A stretch of 33,846 nucleotides of DNA, from the sequence record SRR22947725_599; one strand, given 5' to 3'. The position numbers and the translations under genes are program-made. Below are positions 7,803-17,900 of the stretch, piece after piece (the stretch's first letter is position 1; each line of letters begins with the position of its first letter). The notes below the pieces were generated by a model. It was given only the letters and a program-made list of their open reading frames with translations. It did no database searches and was not told the DNA's origin.

Positions 7803-8780
7803 TTAAACTAAATAGAAAAATGTAAATACGAATACCCAAACTAAATCAACAAAATGCCAATATAAACCTACTTTTTCAACCATTTCATAACTCCCTCTTC
7901 TTTGGTATGTACCAAGAATAACATTGAAAAATATAATTATATTTAGAACTACTCCTGAAAAAACGTGGAAGCCGTGAAATCCAGTTATGAAAAAGAAAAA
8001 GTCTGCAAACAGCGGTGTCCCGTATTCGTTATCAATAAGGTTTGCACCTTCAACAACATAAGAACCATTATCAACTAGCATTTTTAATGACTCTTCTCTA
8101 GAAAGAACTGTTTTGTGACTACCTTCAATAATTTGAGTTCTTACTAGTAGATTAGGTGATGATTCAAAACCTTCAATTACTTCATCAAGAGTGTAGTCTG
8201 ATAAAGTTGATTCAGACATAAACCAAACCCCATTTTTTGCTAAGTTTTGCTCTCTTTCAGTTTCAATTGACGAGGCAAAATCTTTAAGTGCTATCCGTTT
8301 ATTAGAATCTGCATCAACAAACTGAATTATATTTCCTCCATTAGTTTTTACTGCTCCATAATCTCCCTTTATAAAAGTTGCCCATTCCCATGCTTGAGAA
8401 CCAACAAATATTAGACCTCCAATAATTGTTAAGAACATATAAAAAGTCACTTTGGCCTGGTTCATTTGGTGACCAGCATCTACAGCAAGCACCATTGTAA
8501 CTGACGACATAATTAATACAAATGTCATAAAAGCAACATAGATCATTGGTAATTCTTGTCCATGCATAAATGGAACGTGAGTAAACACCTCATCAGCTAT
8601 GGGCCAAGAATCAATGAACTTAAATCTTGAAAATCCATATGCTGCCAAAAACCCAGAAAAAGTTAATGCATCCGAAACAATAAAAAACCACATCATAAGC
8701 TTACCATAGCTCGCTTTCATGGGTTTATTTCCCCCGGACCAATCTTCATTTTGACTTGTTGCAGATACTGTAGAACTCAT
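7803..8780 (-). CDS. ctaE: Cytochrome c oxidase subunit III (long copy with large loop insertion)
   Basis: MWFFIVSD, TFVLIMSSVT, TGFHGFHV, GLYWHFVDLVW motifs. Confidence 0.92.
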   Translation of the reverse strand: MSSTVSATSQNEDWSGGNKPMKASYGKLMMWFFIVSDALTFSGFLAAYGFSRFKFIDSWPIADEVFTHVPFMHGQELPMIYVAFMTFVLIMSSVTMVLAVDAGHQMNQAKVTFYMFLTIIGGLIFVGSQAWEWATFIKGDYGAVKTNGGNIIQFVDADSNKRIALKDFASSIETEREQNLAKNGVWFMSESTLSDYTLDEVIEGFESSPNLLVRTQIIEGSHKTVLSREESLKMLVDNGSYVVEGANLIDNEYGTPLFADFFFFITGFHGFHVFSGVVLNIIIFFNVILGTYQRRGSYEMVEKVGLYWHFVDLVWVFVFTFFYLV

Positions 8781-8807
8781 AAATATGATTTATATTAAAA
8801 AACGGTA

Positions 8808-8815
8808 CAAAAATA
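8808..8815 (-). promoter_or_regulatory. Possible internal -7 promoter element TATTTTTG
   Basis: TAnnTTTG match in the 41-bp gap between the two subunit III genes; no clear -33. Confidence 0.4.
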
Positions 8816-8821
8816 ATTAAT

Positions 8822-9403
8822 TTATATGAAGAAAACTAAAAATAAAAATAAGTATATCCATAAAACGTCAACAAAATGCCAAAAGTTAGTTGCTAATTCA
8901 AATCCTAGCATATTATCGCTTTGATATTTGCCTCTTAAAAGCATAATTAAAACAACTGTCAAACAGAGCAAGCCCACTGCTGCATGCAATAAATGAAAAA
9001 AAGCAATTAAAAAAATAAAAGAAGAAGTAACATTACTTGTTGGTCCTGTAAAATAATACCCCAAGTCAATTAATTGTGAAAAACCATAAAATTGTAATGA
9101 AACAAACAATGTAGCGCAAACCACAGCAAGAAAAAATAATATAGTACTCTTTTTTTTATCATTTTTTCTAAGTGAAAGCTTTGAAAGATAAACAAATAAG
9201 CTACTTAATATTATTACAATTAAACTAGCGGTAAAAGCGCTTGGAAGCTCATGTTCAGCCATCCAATCTACTCTAGTTTTACTTGCCACAAAAGCACTGG
9301 TTAAACCTCCAAATGACATAATAAGTGATCCTATTCCAAACCACAGCATCATTTTTTTTGCTCTGGTATTTTTTGTTTTATTTGAACCTTGTGTTAAATC
9401 CAT
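8822..9403 (-). CDS. Cytochrome c oxidase subunit III-like (short 5-TM copy)
   Basis: FHLLHAAVG, FWHFVDVLWIYLF motifs; 193 aa. Confidence 0.9.
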   Translation of the reverse strand: MDLTQGSNKTKNTRAKKMMLWFGIGSLIMSFGGLTSAFVASKTRVDWMAEHELPSAFTASLIVIILSSLFVYLSKLSLRKNDKKKSTILFFLAVVCATLFVSLQFYGFSQLIDLGYYFTGPTSNVTSSFIFLIAFFHLLHAAVGLLCLTVVLIMLLRGKYQSDNMLGFELATNFWHFVDVLWIYLFLFLVFFI

Positions 9404-9407
9404 TGAA

Positions 9408-10280
9408 TTAAAATAAATTATCGATTAAATATACAATTTGTACTAATGTTAAATATAAAATACTCACATACATTAAAACTTTTGCATTTTGAGTTGTACT
9501 TGTTTTAAATAATTGGAAGGAATAAAATAATAAAAACATTCCTAACATGAGGACTATGACTAAACCATAAGTTGAAAGAGATAAATCCCCGGTGACATTA
9601 AAATATGGAACTATGGACATAATTATTGCCCAGAAAGAATAAAAAATTATTTGAAAAGTAGTTGATTTATCTTTTCTACCTGTTGGCAACATCTTAAATC
9701 CTGCTTTTTCATATTCATCATTTTGCCACCAGGCGATTGCCCAAAAATGTGGAAACTGCCAAAAGAACTGCATTAAAAATAATGCTAATGCTTCAACGCC
9801 TAATTCATTAGTTGCTGCTACCCAACCTAGCATAAATGGAATTGCTCCAGGTATAGCCCCTACAAAAACAGAAAGAGGAGTTATTAATTTTAGTGGAGTG
9901 TATACGCATGCATAAATAAATATTGAGATTGCCCCTAACATTGCACATAATGGACTGATAATGTAAAGAAAAGTTAATCCAGCAATGACAAAAGTAAAAC
10001 CAAGAATAAGTGCATTATTAACTGATATCTGACCCATTGGCAATGGCCTTCCTTTGGTTCTTTGCATTAAAGCATCTAAATCTCTTTCAATAACTTGATT
10101 GAAAATATTTGAAGCGCTAACCATCATTAATCCACCTACTACTAAGTATGAAAATATTTCAAAATCAAATTCACTCATTCCGATTAGATAACTAATCACA
10201 GATGAAAACACTACACTTACCGAAAGTCGTAGCTTAGTGATTTCTATAAAGGAACTGAATGTAAATTTATTGTCTTGCAC
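9408..10280 (-). CDS. cyoE: Heme O synthase (protoheme IX farnesyltransferase)
   Basis: NQVIERDLDALMQRTKGRPLP, YTPLK, FFWQFPHFWAI motifs; GTG start. Confidence 0.95.
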   Translation of the reverse strand: MQDNKFTFSSFIEITKLRLSVSVVFSSVISYLIGMSEFDFEIFSYLVVGGLMMVSASNIFNQVIERDLDALMQRTKGRPLPMGQISVNNALILGFTFVIAGLTFLYIISPLCAMLGAISIFIYACVYTPLKLITPLSVFVGAIPGAIPFMLGWVAATNELGVEALALFLMQFFWQFPHFWAIAWWQNDEYEKAGFKMLPTGRKDKSTTFQIIFYSFWAIIMSIVPYFNVTGDLSLSTYGLVIVLMLGMFLLFYSFQLFKTSTTQNAKVLMYVSILYLTLVQIVYLIDNLF

Positions 10281-10305
10281 TGATTAATGGCTAAAAATAA
10301 CGATG

Positions 10306-10336
10306 CAAAGATAAGTCTAAATTACAATAAGGGCAA
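10306..10336 (-). promoter_or_regulatory. Promoter of the cyoE-subunit III-assembly operon
   Basis: TTG (10334-10336), 20 nt, TATCTTTG (10306-10313). Confidence 0.7.
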
Positions 10337-10379
10337 TCATAATTAATATCAATTTAACTGAGGGGGAAAATAATAAAAA

Positions 10380-11096
10380 TTAGTCCTGTACTTGAAAAAT
10401 GATAGGTAAAGAATAAGGAACTACAACTGCCTTTCCTCTTTGTTTTCCTGGCTTCATCTTAGGCAGTAAATTAACTACTCTTGTAGCTTCTTTTTCTAGC
10501 CTTGGATGTGGAGCTCTTGCTCTAACACCGACTACATCACCATTTTTATCAATTTTAAAAATAACACTAATTCTTTGTCTTCCTGAAAGACCAAGGTCTC
10601 CAGCTAAATCAGTGTTAAATTTTCTTTGAACAAATATTGTGATATTTTGGGACATACATTTACGTCTTGCTTCATTATTTCCTTTATCACAACCAGGGAA
10701 GATTGGAACATTTTCTATAACAGAAAAAGGGACTTCAATATCTTCTTCAACTTCTTCAATATCAAGATCTTCAATTTCCATTTCTTCTTCTTGATTGGTC
10801 TCAGTAGATTCAATAACAGTTTCTTCAACTTCCTCTTCATCTTCAACTATCTCAATAACTTCAGGAGCAGCTGGAGGTGGAGGTGGAGGTGGGGGTGGCA
10901 CAACCTGTTCTAATAATGGAATTTCTTCATCATCTAATTCATCCATGTTTACAAGACCTATATCTATAGCACTTCTATCATAAACTTTCCAATTAATAGT
11001 CATGTATGATAAAAACACCATCAAAGCTAATCCTATTGCAAAATACAATGAAGCATTTCTAGAAATGTCTGCATTTGGATTTTTTTTAGACTCCAT
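10380..11096 (-). CDS. tonB: Energy transducer TonB family protein
   Basis: Single N-terminal TM, poly-Pro and acidic linker, TonB C-terminal domain (PIFPGC...PGKQRGKAVVVPYSLPIIF). Confidence 0.9.
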   Translation of the reverse strand: MESKKNPNADISRNASLYFAIGLALMVFLSYMTINWKVYDRSAIDIGLVNMDELDDEEIPLLEQVVPPPPPPPPPAAPEVIEIVEDEEEVEETVIESTETNQEEEMEIEDLDIEEVEEDIEVPFSVIENVPIFPGCDKGNNEARRKCMSQNITIFVQRKFNTDLAGDLGLSGRQRISVIFKIDKNGDVVGVRARAPHPRLEKEATRVVNLLPKMKPGKQRGKAVVVPYSLPIIFQVQD

Positions 11097-11157
11097 ATTT
11101 TATTTTTTTGATTGCGGTTTGGTAAAATAACCAATTATTTGAATAAAAAGCAAGTGA

Positions 11158-11523
11158 TTATAATTTTAAATCTTTCTTTTTTTTTAAGTTAAAATATATG
11201 TAAGCTAATAGAATTCCTATGAGATTAAACACTATATCCAAAAATTCAGCGCTTCTTGTAAGGGTTAAATATTTTTGTCCAATTTCAATTAAAATTCCAA
11301 ATGTTAATGCAAATACAAATAAATAAATTAATCCTTTAGCATTAAACCAATTAACAAAAGTCTTTTGCCATAAAAAATAAAAGACCAAATAAAACAAAAG
11401 ATGAGCTAATTTATCGTTGACACGAAAATTATAAGTTAAAATATCATCAGATTCTGAAAAACCTAAATAGATAATTAAAGCACTATATGTTAGCGCAACA
11501 ATTAAATTAAAATTATTCACCAA
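11158..11523 (-). CDS. VanZ-like membrane protein
   Basis: DKLAHLLFY, IEIGQ, RSAEFLDIVFNLIG motifs; start is TTG 11523 or GTG 11520, overlapping the gcvH end. Confidence 0.85.
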   Translation of the reverse strand: MVNNFNLIVALTYSALIIYLGFSESDDILTYNFRVNDKLAHLLFYLVFYFLWQKTFVNWFNAKGLIYLFVFALTFGILIEIGQKYLTLTRSAEFLDIVFNLIGILLAYIYFNLKKKKDLKL

Positions 11524-11893
11524 CCATTTTTTTGTAATCCTCAGCTGACATTAGATTGTCTATTTCAGATGAATCACTGATTTGAACCTTAATCATCCAG
11601 CCTTCTCCATAGGGATCATCATTTACTTTTTCAGGCTCACTTTCCAGTAGTTCGTTAAATTCAATTATCTCACCACTTAGTGGCAAAAACAAATCAGAAA
11701 CAGTCTTTACAGCCTCAACAGATCCGAAAACTTCTTCAGCATCAAATTTTTCTCCTACAGTATCTACTTCAACATAAACAATATCCCCTAACTCACCTTG
11801 AGCAAAATTTGTAATTCCTACAGTTGCTATGTCATTTTCAATTAATACCCATTCGTGATCTTTCGTATATTTTAAATTTAAAGGTGTGCTCAT
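11513..11893 (-). CDS. gcvH: Glycine cleavage system H protein
   Basis: YTKDHEW, lipoyl-Lys motif VEAVKTVSDL, DPYGEGW. Confidence 0.97.
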   Translation of the reverse strand: MSTPLNLKYTKDHEWVLIENDIATVGITNFAQGELGDIVYVEVDTVGEKFDAEEVFGSVEAVKTVSDLFLPLSGEIIEFNELLESEPEKVNDDPYGEGWMIKVQISDSSEIDNLMSAEDYKKMVGE

Positions 11894-11912
11894 TTTATTG
11901 TTTTATTAAAAA

Positions 11913-14900
11913 TTAATTTCCAAAGTTATATCTCATTGTAAAGCCAGATCTAATCGTTGTTTGAGGGAACGCTGTGGATATTGCATATTCTGAAAAAGAA
12001 TAATCGAAATAAAATATACCCGTTAGGTTCCTGCTAAAATCATAGTCAGCAGAATATTTAAAATTCCATATCGTTTGACCAGAAGTTACTTGATTATTAT
12101 CTAAATCCAAATATCTAATAATTGTTTTATTATTCCTAACAGAAAGGTCTAATTTCATATTTAAATCACTTTTTATAATTTGGCTGGCTCCAGCTAAACT
12201 TGACCTTATTCTCAAATCTTTAACTCTATATCCAAAACCAAAGACATACTCATTTCCTTGAATTTCAGTTAATAAATTGTTATCAAAGCTTAAAGATAAC
12301 AATCGATCTTTTTTAACTTCAGCCAAAATTTTTACAGAGTTCTTCATTTCAAAATCTAATTTAAACAAAGGACTAAACTGTTCCATTAGGTTTATATTGC
12401 TGTATAAAAATTCATTTTTGTAATTATTAGATTGATCTAAAACATTTGGATTTTGCAAACTAAAATCTAATTCAGGGTTCCCTTGATTAAAATCCAAATT
12501 AGATCTAAATTGATTAATTGTATACATTGCGTTGTATCCATGAGAAATTGACAATCTCTTAAAGTTCTTTTTGAACCATTTTAATTTCATCAGTCCAGTA
12601 TACTTTAAAGACCAATTTGGAATAGGAACATTTCTAAATGCGCTCATGTTAGAAGTAGATGGATCATTCCCAGTGTAGGCAGATAAGAAAGCTGGTAGTA
12701 AAACTGACTGATTAGTTTTGCCATATCCTAAAGGAAAACCACTTAAATCACCGTTTTCAAAGTTATTCGGATTAGTAAAATCAATTCCTGCATCTAAAGC
12801 TAATCTTCTCGCTATTACTAATCGATTTTCTCTAAATGTATCAAAAGTTTCAGAGCTGTTTTCATCACTGTTAGAAAACGCTGTTTTTATTAAAACAGTT
12901 GATATATTAAAGTTTCCTAAAGTGTTTTGAATTAAAGGATTATAATCATCACTTAAGCCATCACCATCTAAATCTATTGTATTAAAATTCTCGGTTAAGT
13001 TCTCCGAATAGGTTCTCCCAGCTGTTAAATCTATTTTTAGGTCCCTTATTGGAGTTAGGTTAGCAGAAAAAGTTAAATTCTTGTTTTTAACCTGAGTATA
13101 CTGTTGATTAAACTCAGGAAACACAGTAAGCCATCCATTCCTTGCTGCTAAATATCTAATATCTCTTTGACTACCGAAAACATAGCCTAAGGATGGCCTA
13201 AAAGAACCTATAAAGTCTGGTGTTTGTAAATATCCTGGCAAAAATGAACCATTGTTTTCAGAGTAATTGATTTGTATTCTTTTAACACTAGTTAAAAGGT
13301 CAATTACCGTCTTTTTAAAATTAAACTTATTATTTACTGGAGAATTTCGCTGCGATCCAATAGATCGTTTATCAGCAGACCTATTGTTATTATTAACTAA
13401 CCCAATATATCTATAGAACTTAGTCATATCTAATGAACTATTTATATTATGAGTGTTAGCATTTGAAATAGTATTTCCTAAATCGTAGGTTTCACCATTA
13501 AGAGTTAAATTACCAAATAAATCAGATCCCTTTTGCCATTGAAAATCGCCAGTGTAAGAGTAAGAAGTTTTTAAAAAACTAAATGTTGGTATTTTATTTA
13601 ATGGAAGCTCGTAATTAATTGCAAATTGCTGGGATTGTCTATTGGGATCTCCAATGTCAAAAAATCTGTCAAAAACATCAAGTGTTGAATCCTGAGCTCC
13701 ATTTATATTATCATCTAAAAAATAATTTTTTACAATATTATTATTTGAAGCATTATAACTAAAATTTAAGCCATCACTAATTACATAATTAAAATTGTAT
13801 TGTAAATCAAAATTATAATTTCTTCTAAAAAGCTCATTGACTGAAATGTTATCTCCCGTTAATTCTGATTCTCTAAATTTTTGTTTATTAAACTGTCTAA
13901 TAAAATCTGTATTTACAGAAATATTAGTTGGCAATAAATTAAAATTAATATCTTTTAATATTTTAAAATATTTACCTGTAAACAACGAATCATTTTTCTT
14001 AAATGGTTCTAATTTAATTGAATTAAAATTAAAATTGTAAGCAGCTCCTGCTCTAACATTTTGATCTAACAGATCTTCTATTTCATAATCTCTATGTTCA
14101 ATCTCGTTATAAGAATAATTAAACGTTAAATTTTCGATATCATAAAACTTAGGTTGGCCTTCCCCAGTACGTTGTTTATTTACTCCAATAAAATTAATAC
14201 TCTTTCTCTTTGTATAATCCTCAGATTGCTCAAGAATTTTATTTTTTTCAATTGTGTTCTCTACTGAGCTCAATCTAGTTTGAAGTTTAATGTCCTTGTA
14301 TTGTTGATCATATTCAGGTGTAATTAACTCCTCACTTAATCCAAAGTTAAAAGGTATTGTTACTCCCCATTTTTCAGGAAGCAATTGCCCTACATTAATA
14401 TTTGATACTAAATCATATTGCCTAATATCTTCTATGTCTCTTTCATTAGGACCTTGTTCAATACTTCCAAAGCCGCTTGTACTCTGCCTTCCAGTAGCAC
14501 TTAAACTCATAAAATCTGCAATGTTTGTATCAATTGTAACTGTTGCAGCCCAACCTCCTTCGTTATCCATATCAGATAATCTAAGCTCGTTAAACCAGAC
14601 TGTACCACAAACATCCATATTATCTTGCCTAGGGTTTTTAACCCCAACCATCAAAGTCCTAATATCACCAAAATTAGGATTACCCTTGATAGATACCCTA
14701 TGCTGACCAAGTTGAAATGGTGAAAACTCATCAACTGGATCTACAATTAAATCATCTCCAAAAACATCATAAAAAATAGGGTCTTCATTTGCTAAAGTTC
14801 CATTGGTAATTCCTAAAGACTTAATTGACTCTAGGACATCCATAGGTAGATTAATTTCATTTATTTCAGGCCAAATTGACTGGGGGTCTAATGTATTTGT

Positions 14901-17900
14901 AGATGATCTTTGAAGCGGAACTTCAATTTGATAATAATTTTGGGTTAAATCATTACCCATCCTAATAAAACCAACAATATCTCCATCAGAAAGTCCTGGG
15001 CTTGATCCTTCCTCAGCATGCAAGAACATTCTAATTCTTTTGTACTGCCTCATATCTACATTGATATTCTTGTAAACTGCTCTTGAGTCCTCAGTTTCTA
15101 ATGCACAAACATCTAATACTAATGACTGTTCATTTTGCCTTACAATAGTATTATTGTTATTAAACTGCTCCCTCTCAACACCTGGAGGAGAGACATAACT
15201 TTCTTCATTTTCTTGAATACCAATAACTCCGACATTTAAACTTGTGATATCATTATCATTGTTAACTTCTTCATCGAGTGAAAGTTGATATTTTCTCCAA
15301 TCACTTCTAACTAGCTCAAGAGTACCAAATCTAAATGTAGTATTTTCAGAAAATTCATTTAAATACATTCTTATAAATCTAATAGATCTGAAGTCAGAAA
15401 TTCCCCCAATTGTATTTGAAGGTTCATTGACAGGTACCCTAAATTGATACCACTTTATAGTTTCTGTTGTTCCATTTGGAAGTGATACAGTTTTCTCTTT
15501 TCTATCTTTAATAAATTGATTGTTTATATCAGATAATGAATTTGGAGTTATATTAATCTCATACTCAAAATAACTATCAATAGTGTTCATTGTATTATCT
15601 CTATTGATATCCTCTGCATCTGGTTGAGTTGTTGAGCCTCTGTTGGTGTTTGTAAAAATTTCCGGAGAGTTACCATCTAACCCATTATATTGTTTATACC
15701 TATTTAAAATATCTCCATCAGCATTTAAGAAATAATTATAGTTATCGTTGGACGGATCTTCCAAAGATGCATAAGATGGAAACTTAATGATTTCTTCTTG
15801 ATCATCATAACCATCTAAACCTACATCTTGATTAACCCTCTCTTCTCCTAAGGTAGAAAAAGCATAAATTAAGGATTGATTTTGAGGAACTATTGACCCC
15901 CATGTCGTTTCATTTAATAAGCTTATATCACCATCCTCAGGTAAACCATTTTCGTACTGCTTTCTACCATCTTTTAAAACATCTTCAGAAATATTACCTA
16001 AATTAAATGTCAACTTACCACCTGAATTTTCAGGGTTATTTATAAAGGGATCTTGTAACCAAAATTCTATATACTCAACATTAGATTGTTCAAAATCGGT
16101 AGTCGTAATTTGTCTCGTTATTCCAGCCCAACTGTTAGAAGGGTTTGTTAAACTGTTTTCTACATTTTCGGGATTCATATTATACGGACCCCTTACATCA
16201 GGATAATAGTTTAAATCTAATGAATTTATAACTGAAATTTGACCTTGTACAATATCTATTTGTGGGAAAATTTCATCGATAAAAATTCTTCTAGTGTATG
16301 GGTTAGAAATTTCGTCATCATTAATCTCATCAGGTCTAATACTACTATAAAAAACTGGATCAATTGAGTACCAATTTAACAAGGCTCTATCATATCCATT
16401 TTGAATTCCATTAGCATCTTCACCGCCATCATTATAAAACAGACCAAGGTTTTTAGGTCTACTTGACAATGACCAGCCCTGAGGACTCATTAAATCTATA
16501 ATATTTTGAGTTCCTTCAAAATCATCTACATAAGAAGTTACTTCACCTTTGAAATCAGTTCCTTTGGGCGCTCCGGGAACAAGATAAGCTACCTCACCTC
16601 TTAATGATAAATTTGATGCAACTTCTGTTTCAATAGTTGGGAGTTTATTGATTAACCTTGTCAATAAAGGAAGTTCCGTTTCAAAGTTTCCGTTAAATCC
16701 AAATATTGTATTATTGATGGGTTCAGTTCCATAATTTGCTTTTTGTGTTACAGGTCTTTCATTTAAATTTAAAAAAGTACCACCTAATAAGAATTTCTCG
16801 CTGAACTGATGCTCAACATTAAAGCCAGTAAATCGTTTTGTTTGTTGTCCAAAAGTTGCATTATTTTCTACACTTACATTTATCGGAGTTCCTGAAGATT
16901 GAAGCGCAGGGTCAAGGATTTGAACAGTACCTGCTTGGTAGTTTACAGTATAATCAACTCCTTCAGTTAATACCCTTCCGCCTGCTGTTACATTGACTGA
17001 TCCTCTAGGAACATTATATGCGCCTATTGGAATTCCGGATCCACTAGAAGATTTGTATTTACCAGTAATTTGAAATTTATTCTTCTCTGAATCTTGTAAT
17101 GCAATAGTTTTTGAAGATTTATAAAGACTTGAGTAAACGTATTTTTTTTGATTTAAGTTATAGTCATCGGCAATATCCTCGTTCCCATCATAGTTTTCGT
17201 TTGGACTTAACCTTAGTTTTTCAAATAGAAACTCCCCAAATGGTTCAACTTTTGTAAATATAATTTTACCGTTATTTTGAAGAACTGTTATTCCTGGAAC
17301 AAAGTCAAAAAACCCATCTCCTCTAAACTGAGGGTCATTATTGGAATTTAATCTATCAAAATTAAACAGATTTAAAAGTGGTGTTTCAGTGATATTTAAA
17401 TCATTCGCATTAGTAGTTGGGAAAGGGACTCCGTCAACTGGTGTTATATAATTTAATGGTGAAGATTCATTATAAAAAATATTAAGCTTAAACCCATCTT
17501 CTTCTAATTGGAAAGATCCTGTATTATATATGTTTTTCATCATTAATTTCCACATAGGAGCCTCAACACTACTTACTGTACTCTTTAATAATTTTACAAT
17601 CAAATTATTATTGTTAACAACTGGATTAGTATTGTCATTATTATTTGATATTTCGGTTGCTTGAACACCATCATTTGCAAATTCACCAACTTGATAAACT
17701 TGATCTCCAATAGTGTATTGAAAAGCAACTGCAAGTATTTCATCGTTGTCAAGTTTTTGATTTAATGAAATATATCCAAGTTGAGTATTAACAGTGTAAT
17801 CGGAGTCGGTATTTAATTTTTTTGCGTTTTCTAACTTACCATAATCATACCCTTCATTAACATTTGGCAAAAGAATACCAGATTGTATTGTAGCAATGTC

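Noticed and set aside
10873..10898. G-rich GGN repeat resembling a microsatellite or G-quadruplex
   Set aside because: Explained by the poly-proline tract of TonB on the minus strand.
11118..11134. TTGGT-N6-ACCAA dyad upstream of tonB, sharing TTTGGTAAAATAA with the ruvA upstream region in opposite orientation
   Set aside because: Five-bp arms and an AT-rich 13-mer are plausible by chance; no known box recognised.
11158..11523. vanZ as a glycopeptide-resistance determinant
   Set aside because: No van cluster; VanZ-like proteins are widespread and of unknown function.
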